Shown here piece after piece: positions 40,601-52,095 of a DNA stretch of 52,095 nucleotides. Source of the DNA: Chromera velia (Eukaryota). The DNA lies in the NCBI GenBank assembly GCA_018398765.1, contig JAHBMJ010000255.1, positions 1 to 52,095 on the forward strand. The letters are read 5' to 3'. The notes under the pieces were generated by a model. The model had not been told where the DNA came from. It did not search any database and worked only from the letters and a program-made list of their open reading frames with translations. A program made the position numbers and the translations under genes. Position 1 is the first letter of the stretch; the number at the start of each line of letters is the position of its first letter.

Positions 40601-41947
40601 GAATGCCTCCATGTGTCCCCTCCAGCCTCTGGTGGTCCATCTGTTTTGTGGTCACAGGCATGAGCAGTTGGGTCTCTGAGGTCCCACTGAAGCCTGTGAT
40701 GGCTGGACCCTCCAGGCTTTGCTTTGCCTGGGAATCGAGGGGGGGGAAGCACTCTCGGAGGGTCATCTGCTTATCCTCCAGGGAGGCTCCTTGTGAGAAG
40801 ACGATGTCTTTGGGGTTCCGCTGCAGCCTGTGGCTTGGGTGCATAGCAGCCAGCTGGATCCTCCTGGCGTCAGTGGAGGGACAGAGAGTCCATGGGGAGG
40901 CCGTGATTTTCGAAGGGAAAACTTTTGCTTCGTGTGGGAAGACGCAACGAGAGAGGAAGTACTGAATCACCCCTGCGTGACGGGAGAAGAGGAACATCAG
41001 CTGGGTCTGCGTGTTTCGATCAGAAAGGTTGATCGAGGTCCGTTTGTTCAATGCAGGGGAGACCTGCGGAATCCTGACTCCCCTCTGTTCTGCAATGTAC
41101 TCACTGCTTTCAGGGTCTTTCTTCTCCTGTTGGGGCCTTTTCGGATCCTCTTTGACGACTTTGGCTGCGTACTTTCGGGGGCGGGGGACATGTTTGAAAA
41201 CGTCGAAGGTCCGCCAGATGGCCTGCGGGTGGGTAGGGTAGATGTTCTTGTCCTTGCCTTTCTGACCGATCCCTAGGAAGCGATTCTGTTTCTTCCTCTG
41301 CTCTTTTTGGAACTTCTTTCGGTGCTTTGCGCCTCCTCTCTGTTGCTGAGCCCGCACCAATTCTCTCCGCAGGGCCGTTGCAGAGAACGAGGCGGCTGAG
41401 TTGGTCACAAATCTCTTCGGTCTCAGATTGACGCAATCGTTGCACCAGCTGCTGTAGATGGCATCCGGGCTGAGCTCTCTCGGCAGAAGGTCGAGGAAAA
41501 TTGTCTTCAGATCCTCCCACTTCAATCCATCCTCCATGTAGGCCTGTTGGGTCATCAACACAGCAAAGTCCGGGTGGCCGTACTCGTTCCTCTCTGCAGG
41601 CATATCCTTCGCCCTGAAGGGCACAGCCATCTGTCTGAGCCCCCGGGTGGACACCCACTCAGCCAACGTCTGAAAACTTCCCGACCCCCCCGCTGCCTCG
41701 TGCCTGGCCAGCAGTTTGCGGTACTCATCTTTGACCTCGTTGAGTTTCGGGTTGACCCCCCCGTCGACGTGGAGGCGCTTTGAGAGGACCACCGCCAGGA
41801 GGAGGTGGCTGAGGAGACCCTTCAACGTCAGCAGAACCTGCGCGCCTCCGGTCCTCCTTGCTTCTTCAGCCACGCCTCTGTCTGCTTGTTGATTCTGCAG
41901 GGGGTGGACGCACACACAGGCAGAGAGGAAATCACACACACATCCAT

Positions 41948-42025
<78 letters not shown>

Positions 42026-44135
42026 CGAGAGTCTCAGGATTGTGTTGCGTACAAGTGAGCTTATGGACCGAGTGACACCAGATGCATGAACAGGTCTGCA
42101 AACTCCGTGCACGGTGACTACTACGGGGGAAATAAGAAAGAGAGCCTCCCTCAAATCGGAGGATGAAAAGTTTCCTTTCGTCTCTTCCATCTCCGGTCCC
42201 TTTCATCTATTTCTGTTCCTGACTGACCTGCCCATCCACTCTTTTCTCTTCTGGATTTTCTCCATCTGCACCTTTGCGTTGGGTGCTGGGTATCCCTCTC
42301 TGTTGATCCAGAAATACTCGAGCTCACAAGGCAGTCTCTGCACCTGATAGCCGTGTTTGTTCTGTCCCTTGATCGAGCCCACCAGGTCTTTTCCATATTG
42401 AGGCAGGTCGTGGCCGTTGTGGAGATGCTGAAGGAGCCAGACCTTCAGGAACCTCTGCTGTGTCTCTGTGTACTTGGGGAGACGCAACTCTGGGGCGTCG
42501 CCCTTCAGAACGCAGTCGGCAATTTTGTTGGCCAGCCAGGCGAAGCACTTATCGGACTCCGTCAGACCGGCACAGCCACCGCTCGTTGAGGAGAGGAGAC
42601 GGAAGCTGAAAAACTCCTGAGCGTACGGGAGGGGGTGACCTTCCTCGACAGGACGGCCCGCCTCTAGCCGCTTCCTCTGCCGCTGCAGCTGCTGCAGGTG
42701 CGGCACGTCAACACAGCTAGGGAACAGTCTGAGGAGAGACGCTGCGTGGTCACGAGCGAGCATGAAGGCAGCGTGGCACGTTCTCCATCGCAGCTCTTCT
42801 CCCTCCATGTTCTGCTGCTTCCCTGTCGCATAGACCTGCGCGTTCTTCACAGAGAGGACGAGGTCACACTCGTCGATGATCCCCCGGCCATGCTCGAGGA
42901 TAAAAGAAATGATTCTCTCCAGAGCTCTCAGGTTCTCGTCACGCATCCTGACCGTCTCTGCGCTCCTCTTTGCCGTGCCGTCCAGAGGAGCGCACAAGTC
43001 GATGTACCGATTCTGGAGGGACAGGAAGGACTCGGCAACCCACACGAGGACTGACCCGTCTCTCCGAGCTGTCTCAAGTTTGGCCTCTACCTGGATGGAA
43101 AGAAAAGAAAAAGGGGTGGAGGGTTGAAACAGACAAAGCGATGGGACAATAGAAAGAACACAAAAGCGAACGGCAACAAAAGCGAGGATTTTGGGGTATG
43201 GAACGCAGCGTCTGACTGTTTCGATGAAATGGCAAGAAGGAAAGAATGCAGACACAAAAGACCTGGAACACAGGATCGAAAAGAACGAGAAGAAGAAGCC
43301 CTCATGCACCTGCCTTCTTCATGAGCTCAGGTCGAAGCATCCGATCGCGGCGGAAGGGAAGGGCAATGACCCGTCTCTGGAGCCATCCCCCGAGTCTGAG
43401 GGAAAGGTCGGCAACGTTCGTCTTCAAGAGAGAGTCTGGCACCATCAGGTGCGCCAGTTGATACTCCCTCTGCACCCCCCCCTCCTCTTCTGCTCTGCAG
43501 CCGTGTGCAGCGCTGCAACCATCCGCAGTCGCCATGACCAGCAGCAGGACGATGACCGAAGTCTTCCCCTCCCCCATGTTCATCTGGGTGGTCGTGTTGT
43601 TGCCCCCCTCAGGGTCCAGCATAAATCTGGCGATGTCCGCCTGCATGGCTCTAATGTTGATGTTCTGCTCTATCTCAAAGAGAGTCCAACAGGGCCACTG
43701 ACGGGGGGAAAAGTTCGTGTGGGGGGAAGTTGACAGCTCACGCGCACAGTCACCTGCAATCTTGATCCCGTGAAATGCGCCCATCCCTTCTTCCGCTCTG
43801 CGTCGGGCCTTTGCGACCCCGGCCAGGACGCGCTCTGCCCACTGGAGGTGGACCCAGACGACAGCCAGGGCACCCAGTCGCGGCTCCATCCCAGGATTAC
43901 AGAGCAAACTCCTGAGGAGATGCCGAGGGTGGTGCACTGAGGGGGTCTCAAAGGACATCAACTCGTATCTCTCAATCCCCCGCTGTGGCACTAAGAGAGG
44001 CAGGAGAAGAGACGGGACGAACTCCGACCACATCCCTGCAGGAAGACGGAGAGAAGTGCAAACACGCGACATGACCCCCCTTTTCTTCCCTCTTAGAATG
44101 TACGCAGACAGACTGACGGACCAGAGAATGTAGAG

Positions 44136-44167
<32 letters not shown>

Positions 44168-47100
44168 GGAGATAGGGAGAGAGAGAGAGGAAGAGAGAAA
44201 GATGACAAAACAGCATGAGGAATGCATGAAAAAGCTCTGCAAAAAATGCATGAAGGACCGAAAAGCACTCTACGAACTGCCATCCCCTCTTCTCTCTCTC
44301 CACCCAGACCCTCTCTTAACCTTCTTGTGCCGACTCACCAGACTCAACTAGAGCAGCGCCGGCATGCTTTACGATCCCCGCGGCCCCCCCTACAGGAGAG
44401 AGAAGGCGTCTGAGGTCTCTCAGCAGTGTCTTTTCAAGTTTTGATGCCTCTCTCTGCAGTGTCTCGAACCACTCCCTCTTCTCTTCCAACTCTTTTACTG
44501 TCCACTTTTTCCGAGCTAAGAACTCAGCCTCTCCCATCGCCGGGTCTCCGAACTTCTTGAACGCTCGGAGGGACTCTCTCATCTTGTTCTCGAAAAACTT
44601 CCTCGTCAGGTCTCCCTCCTTCTCACGAGGCTTTTCTTCATCCTCTGCAGAGCTGCTTTCCCGTGGCGCATCACCTTCAACCGCAGAGTCCCTCTCACGT
44701 TCCTCACCCCACTCCAAAACATCCCCAACCTTTCCTGATGTCCAGAGCGGAATCCAAGGCTTACACCCTGTAGTGAGCGCAACCTGAGCAGGAGTTGACG
44801 AGAAGGTTGGAGGGAGCGGCCAGACGGGGTCTGCCGCCTGACACATCTTCAAGTGTCGTGTGGGCTCCCTTGAATAGTCGACCCAGGCAGGCCAGGGAGA
44901 TGGACAAGGGTGACCCTCCAACTGCATTCGATTGCCAGATCCCCGAGACAGGATGGCGGCATTCACGGCGTTGATGTACGTGTTCCCGTCCGTCTCTGCG
45001 ACAGTGACTGGGAAGCGGAGACACTCCAGAACGTGAATCATATTCTGCAGTTGCGCAAAGAGGCGCGCATTCCGCGACCACCTTCGCATTCGCTCGAGAC
45101 ACCTCTCTCCCACTCTCTGGCGGTCGAGCAAGTAGACCTGCTGCATACATGTGAAGACCTGGGTGTTGGCAATCTCTGCCGTTCCCAAACTCCAAACCGT
45201 CTCCGCGACGAAGAGGAGAATGCGCGCTTCCTCCTGCTTCCTCGCATCAAAATAGTGCTGGAAGGCCTGGTCACTCTGCACCCAGTGTTGCCCGGCGTGC
45301 ATCTGCATGAACCTCTCCCGAGCACCGTCTGCTTCCGAGTCTAGCGTGGGCTGCACGAGGTCACTCCTGTTGAAGTCCTTGTCCCGTGGCCTCACGTAGA
45401 AGTTCTGAGCGCTTGCGTCGTCTGCCGTTCGGTCGAAGGCGAGAAGGGAAAACTTCTGTGAGTGTCTGTGGACGCACGCGAGAAGAGGGACGATCCACGA
45501 ATACCGGGAGGGCAGACGACAAGCCAGCCAGCCAAGCAAGCCTGCAAACTCCCCGTGCCTCCCGCTGTCCGCAGCTCCTGACCTCACAGCGAAGTCGATC
45601 AATGTGAGAAGATGCCTCTTAGGGTCCAGACGGTCCCTGCCATCTGCCGGGGCCCACTGGGCCTCACAGGTGCACTGCTCGAAGGCCTTCTTGTGGGCGT
45701 CCGAGGAAAACAGAGAAGCCCTGCGAACAGGATTCCTGTTCTGGAAAAACCTGCATGAAGCAAATTTAAAGCGAGGGAACAAAATTGCGTAGAAAGGAAG
45801 ACATGCAGAAAGAGAGGGGAGTGTAAGAGAAAAAACGAACTCCACATTCTCCATTGACGCACGCGCGGGGTACTATCGAACAATCAGAAAGCCGACTTTC
45901 ATCAATAGTCGAAGGCCCCCCAGTACAGCCATTCTGGAAAGAAGGATCTTTTCACAAGATTGTTTCCAGAGAAAAACTGCCGTGTTACTGTCCCTTCGCT
46001 CTCTCTTTCCTCTCCTCTAGATGCTCCTACAAGGAGAGTTTCGTGACGTACCTGCTCTCTGCCACAGCATGGAAGGCATCGATGGACGACCAGAGCTCAC
46101 TGATGACCTCCTGCCATTTCGGAGCGCAAAATTGGGGGTCATTTTCGCGTCTGAAGCGCGCACGTTCGGTGTCGAGGAGCGGCTCTCCCGCTGAAGTTGC
46201 CCTCATGATGTCCTCCTTCGAGCTCGACACCGTCCATGCCGCCACTCCAGGATCGTACTCAGTCTCGGTGACGTCCACCTGGATGGAGAATTTGGGACCG
46301 ACCACGGCAGGCACGAGAGTGCGGTCGACTCCGTGCGCCTTCTCCATCTGCTCCGAGAGGCGCTGCCAGGCAGGAAGGAGCGGCCGGGCCCGGGTGTAGG
46401 CGCGTGCAGCGAGGAAAGCCCGTTCTGTGTGGGGAAAGAGTCGTTTGAATTTGCTCTCGAATCTCAGGGGGTGATCGGGGGGCAGCGCCTCCTGTTGCCC
46501 TAGGACTCCGTCAAACCCTCCTGAGGCTTCGGTGAACTTTCGGAACAAAGCTTGGACACTCGCGGCATCAGAGCCTGTCTCCTTCCACTGCTTCTGAGGG
46601 AAATGAAGCTGGGGAGTCGAGTTTCGGTCGTGCAAGAGACGGCGCACGAGGAGGAGAATGCCATCTGAGGAGGCCGCAAAGAGAAGAAAAGAGGGCCAGC
46701 GGACAAACTCCGTGGACTCGGACCTGTGCAACCGTCGAGCCGGACACAGAGCCAGGATGCACTGCAGCTGCCGTGCCGTCTCCCCATCGAGGGGGGCGTC
46801 TACCCATGCGAGGGGACGCTCTAGGAGGATTGTCGCCTTGGCGGTCCCTGAGAGTCCTGTGAAGGGATCAGGCAACACGTGGGAAGTCGCCAGGTGGAGC
46901 TTTGCAAGGAAGTGGAGGGCTGCGGGGCTTTTGGGTTGCATCTCTCTGAGCCTCTCGGAGATTTCAAAATCGAAGTATGCCGGTGTCCCAAGGGCCCGCT
47001 CCCTGTGCAGAACGAGGAAGGTCTGCAAAGAAACGGGCAGGAGAGCGAGCAGATCAGAGAGGGAACACACAGGCACGCGAGAGGAACTACAACAGAAGAG

Positions 47101-50100
47101 GGGAACAGGAGGAAAAGCTGGAAGGATGTTTGCTGAAACCGTGCTTCATCAAATCCACAGAGACAGAGACAGAGACAGAGACAGAGAGAGAGAGACAATT
47201 ACCAACCTCGTGATGGCAGGCGAATCCCGAGTCCGCCCCCTCCCCCCGCAACTCCTGTTTGACGGCATTCGGAATCACCAGCACGCGCCTCCTGCCAGTA
47301 CTCCCACTGCGGTCTCCAGACCCTCCCCCCCCCTCTATGTCCTCCAGAAGGAGACCCTGCTGCAGGCCCACCAACGTCCCTACGCACTGATTCGGTGCCA
47401 CCCGCATCCTCGGCACTGTGTCTGCGTGGAAGTCCAGAGACAAAACCTCTGCCTGACCTCCCGCCCCCCCCCGGTCCTTCTGGGAAGGCGGCTGGATCTG
47501 GAAAGAGAGGTTCAGTCGGCGGAGACGGGCGCGGACACAGTCGGGGGGGGGGAGGTCCTCGAGGGAACTTCTGCGGCTTCTCTCTGCAAGCAAAAGGGGG
47601 GAGGAAGGGAGCACAGTAGACGGAAAGAGAGAATGCAAGGAGCGAGTCGACACAGACAAAGTGAAACAACCAGGCATCGGTGAAGGAAAAACAGGGTTCG
47701 AACGAAGCAAGCTGGTAACAGAAAAACACAGAGAAGGAGACAAGACGCGGAATGCATCCGAAGGGAGCAATGGAGCCACTCACCGAAGTCGTTAGTATAC
47801 GAAGCGTAGAGGTGGATAAAGGGAGAAGCCTCGAGTCTCTTCAGTTGTCCCTCCTCCACGAGGGCTTTCGAGAGACCAGCGCGGGGGTTTAGAAGAAGTT
47901 GAGGACGCAGGGAGGACACATTGTCCACCAGCTGTATGCACAACAATGCAGACAACACAGAAAGAAGCAATTTAGGGGAATTGAGTGGCGCGACCGGAAA
48001 AATAAAGTCGGGGTCCGAAGGAGGACAGACAACTGCTGCGTGGGAGAGAGAGCAGATGCACAGACAGACAAACAGACAGACAGAGATATTCACATGCAGA
48101 TACAGAGGCTGTAGACCGACCAGTTTCCTCTCTAGATGGGCGATGTATCTCTCTTTTCCAATCCCTTGATCACCCCCCACACCTCCCGGCCTGTATGCAG
48201 ACGCGGGCCGGAACAGCATCTTCTTCTCCGTCTCGGTCTCCCAGAGCCAGTGTGTGTATCCCTCCGCAAGTTCATGAGGAAGTTCTCTCCTCAGGAACTC
48301 CCTCGGAATCAGAAGAAGAGAGGACCCGTCAGCCTGTCGCTCCCGCACGATCACAACAGAACGCTCTTCGAGCCCCTCCTCCTCTTCTGCCCCCGCGCCC
48401 GAAACACCACCTCCAACAACAGCCACGGCGGGAGGCGCCCCCCCCACAGGGCATGCCTTGGTGGCTACAGAGAAGCAGAGGCGGGATCCTGAGCTCCCTG
48501 CGTGTCTCTGAATAAGGGTCTCTGGATCCTGCAAAAAGGGAGGAGAGGAAAGGGGGGAGGGAAACAAAGAGGAAGGAACACGAAGGAGGACGGCAAGCAA
48601 AGCAGACCGGCATGAACAGTGGAAGGTGAAGTTCGCTACCATAGCAGAGCGGGGCACAGGGGAATCTTAAAAAATGCACGATGCCCCTTAGCCTGAGAGT
48701 GCCGGATGGAACTTACATGCCAGGCAGTAGGTAAGCCCAACGAGATGACGCAAAAACCGTGTCTAAAAGGAAAGACTACAACAGAGAAAATGACCGAGGT
48801 TCGGGCAAAGCAACCGCAAAAAGTAAACCACCGTTAAAGGCAGCCCCAAAAAGCAGTGGAGAAAGAAAGTCACGAAACAAAGAAGAACAGATAAAAGTAC
48901 AAACCCACTTTCGGATCTGGTCTCACTTCCAGTTGTCTGTCTCCAATCAGGTCCTCCACCAGGCCGTCTCCTTGGATTGACTTCGGAAGGAAAGAAGAGG
49001 GACGACCGTTGATCAGGTAGCGTCCCGACAACAGTTCCACGTCTGCTGTCACGAGTCGGAACCCCGGAGAGGCGTTCGCTTTGGGACGGCCCCGGCCCCG
49101 GGCAGGAGCTCGGGTCTCTGTGCGAAGGAAGGCGGTGACCCAAAAGCATCCTGCAGGCTGGCCGTGGGCAAACTCCCTTGGCCTCCACTCGCCCTCTGTG
49201 ATGATCTCCACGGGGTTCTCCACGTCAACCACACCCTCGGACTCTCTCCCAGCCCCCGGAAAGCCGGCGGAAGACTCTACAAGCCCCAACTCTGCCCCAC
49301 CGGCAGCGCTTTCTCTCCCTCCGTTTCCCTCTTCTTCAGACGCCGCAGCAGCGGGTGCTTCCTCCATGGGTTCGTCTTCGTCGTTCTCGTCCTCCTCCAG
49401 TGACTTCTCTCCCTCCCAGTGCTCCCTGAGGAAGTCCTCAACGAAGCACGAAGGCGAAGAGAGAGAAGGGGGGGCCAGGAAAGGGTGCTTGCCCTTCTCC
49501 ACTCCTGACAATTCAGCAAATCGACGAGCCAGGCGGACACCCAGCTGAGTGCAGTCTCTTCGAAGCCCATCACGAAAGCTCTTCTCTGAGGGAGTCTCTG
49601 CTGCCGACGTTGCTTCCGTCTCGTCCTCTCCCGTCTCCACATGTTCTGCTTCCAGAATCTGCAGGTTGTCGTAAACCGCAGCCGCGGTCTTCATGTACAC
49701 CACCGCATCCTGCGTCTGCCTCAGCAAGAGGGGTGCAAACTCGGGGGAAGAGTCGAATGTCTTCATGAGGGACAGCCCGACATCAACTGCCAGGAAGCAG
49801 AGACGTCGTTGCTCTGCCTGCCTTTCCACCCGCTCGGCATGAAGTTCTTCCTCGCTCTCCCCACCCACCCCTGCCCTCTGCTGTGCTCCGTTGGCGAGAC
49901 TGTTTCTGAGAGGGATAATGGCGTCGAAGATCCACGCAAACAGCGTGTTGCGAATGTAGATGATCGTCTCTGCTGCTTCCTCCTGCACTGCCCTGGACTC
50001 GACTGTCTCGAGAACTTTGCGGGCGATGTCGCAGAGACTGAGCATCACTCGGTGCGTCTCCCAAGACTGCAACCGCTCCTCGACCCTCCTCCCAACAACA

Positions 50101-51988
50101 GCGAGGAGTGCCTGGGCACGGTCGGAGTCACGACGCCCTGCAGGAAGGGAAGAAAAAAAGAAGAAAAGTCACAAAAGGGACGGACGTCAAACTCAATCCT
50201 TGGCACGGATATGACACAAAATATGGCGCTATGAATTGCCAAACATATTTTCCTCTGCAACAAAAATGTGCATCTCTCTCTGGAGCGACACACTCTCATG
50301 AGGCAACAGAGAAGAATAAGAACAGACCGAGAAAGAAAAAGCCCGCTTGCACAACCCGTTATGTGCTCCCTGACCAACTGACTGACATTCATGAGACTTC
50401 CTGCACCAGTCAGGAACTTCAGGGAGGTCTTCTTCACCCAAATCCGTCTCTGCATACTCTTCGCACTTCATGAGAAAGTCTGCCTCCTCCTCTTCTTCCG
50501 TCTCCGTCTCCTCATCTGTTGCCTCGATGTCTTCTTCATTCCTTACACGGGCTCCTTTCTTCGGCCTCCCCCTCCCTCTCTTCTTTGATGCCGCAGCTTT
50601 CTCTTTCTCGGCCTTCCGCTTCTTCGTCCTCTCCTCTCGCGCTTCCCTCTCTGCCCGCTGTCGCTTTACTGGGTCGTTGGCCTCTTCACGGAGAGCAGAC
50701 TCGACCCAGTCAGTCGCCCGCCGCTCCCGTCGGTCTTCCCCCACACGGAAAGCGGCCGTAATGGAAGAACGGCGGTGGAAGATCGTTTGTCCATCTTCGT
50801 CTCTCCCTCCCTTCCCGTCGTCTGCACTCGGGTAGTCAGACTTGGGCCCAGCCTGGTGGAGACAGAGGGAGAGGAGCGAGTTGACTGCCTTCTCGTGGAG
50901 ACACAAAGAGTCCTGCTCGAGGTGCCGTTGGAGTGCAGGATACTGCCTTCTGGGACCAACTCTGAGGGTCCCCATGGCTTCCCACTCCTCTCGACCCAGT
51001 TCGGGGGGCTTCTCCTCGATCCGTGCAAGCGTCTCCTTTTCGTTCCCCGGAAGGGAGTTCCTGTTGAACATCCATTGGGAGTTGACGTGTTTGGCCTCGT
51101 CAGTCGGGAGCCTGGGAGTGAGGAAGTCGAGACCGACCTGACCGTTCCGCTCATCCTCTGTGCACCGAATCTTCCCAGCCCTGCACGCACGCGAACGGAG
51201 ACAGACAAGTCAGCCGCAGATGGTCAAGTTTTCAAATCTGGTCTTGCATGCTCAAGCGATCGAAAGGCAGGCCAACAAAAACGCCAACGAATAGCAAGGC
51301 TTTTCTGAAGCAGAGCGGCGCCACTCAAGACACCAGGTGAGGTCAAAAGTCTGGGAGACCACTGTGCCCTGATGAGAAAGGAAACAACAAGAACGGCAGT
51401 CAGGAAGAATAAAGAGCAAAAAATCAAACAAGCAACCGACCTATAAGGGAACCAGTTCGAGTAGAAATTCCACTGTTCCTTGGAGGTTTGGGAGAAATCG
51501 ATCGATTTGATGCGAAAGGGAGTGTAGGCCCCTGTCGTGCCGCTGTTGATCTTCCGAATCGACTGGTAGCACCCGCGTTGGTTTTCCACAACGAAGTGAT
51601 CAATCCTGCTCGACATACTCACCCTCTGGGGCTTCACGTTCCCCCCCGCCTTGCCGCCCTCAGTCGTCAGAAAGACGTACTGAGAGGGCAGCCCCGCCTC
51701 TTTGTCTTTGTATTGTTTGAAGATGTCAAAGGAGCTCCAGAGCTTGAAGGTCTTCTGACTGGTGGGGGTTCTGAGATGGGCCACGTCAGGGGCAAAATCG
51801 ATCCATAGTTTGGCAAGGGTGTCGCGGAAGGCGGCGAGAGAGGAGGGGATTTTGAGTTCGAAGACGATGAGGTCAGCCGCACCGTCTTCCTCTGGAAGAA
51901 GGGTTTCGAAGGGAGTCAGCGTCAGCTTTCTCTTCTGCGCCTCCAGACTCTCGTACTCTTCGGGAGTGCGTGCACTGTCTTGGGCCGT
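35278..51988 (-). CDS. Giant DUF3638/DUF3645-family P-loop (SecA-like SF2) protein, >4,000 codons, 5'-truncated by the window and possibly pseudogenised
   Basis: Exons: 51988-51441, 51180-50387, 50137-48909, 48528-48121, 47931-47784, 47583-47207, 47022-46052, 45750-44339, 44035-~43314, 43090-~42272, 41894-40266, 39785-39606, 39268-38198, 37994-37744, 37416-35278 (frame change near 36330). Motifs: HLATSHVLPDPFTGLSGT, WPCWTLFEIEQNINIRAMQ, QMNMGEGKTSVI, IIDECD, MAVPFRAKDMPAERNEYGHPD, ITGFSGT, IIDVGA, FLDDAHCRGTDLKLP, QGACRLR, EQERELEHE, LHIFAPR, SHVGSLLQG. Confidence 0.8.
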
Positions 51989-52015
51989 CTGCATGAGGGA
52001 ACACACGGAGATAGG

Positions 52016-52052
<37 letters not shown>

Positions 52053-52095
52053 AGACACACTCTCACACAGAGAAAGGGGGGGGGGGGGGGGGGGG

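Noticed and set aside
35036..51808. Many long plus-strand ORFs overlapping the giant gene (e.g. 46658-47683, 36234-36908, 39010-39789)
   Set aside because: They are antisense shadows of GC-rich coding exons with no recognisable motifs.

Overview
Intron-rich eukaryotic protist DNA. Microsatellite-filled ~300-600 bp introns, GTCAGTC-type donors and TGCATG motifs suggest a chromerid alveolate such as Chromera, but this is inference. Left to right: (1) a minus-strand TAM41/Mmp37 mitochondrial CDP-DAG synthase gene, head-to-head with (2) a 26-exon, ~1814-aa plus-strand gene that splices in frame into one PurF-PurD-PurM-PurN purine-biosynthesis fusion. Its PurF is of the long Bacteroidetes type, and its PurM and PurN domains have lost key catalytic residues. 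(3) A PPR gene built mostly from 38-aa repeats. (4) A 635-bp MITE with 21-bp TIRs and a 5-bp TSD. (5) A frameshifted TLDc gene relic and a second decayed ORF. (6) A decayed ~6.5-kb APE/RT LINE with a CXC-like and AT-hook ORF1 region and a (TAAG)n tail. (7) A giant (>4,000 codons, 5' end outside the window) DUF3638/DUF3645-family gene with SecA-like SF2 ATPase motifs, AT-hooks and SIMs, carrying an in-frame TAG and possible frameshifts. All exon models were assembled by hand from GT/AG sites, phase and remembered family motifs; no search was run.
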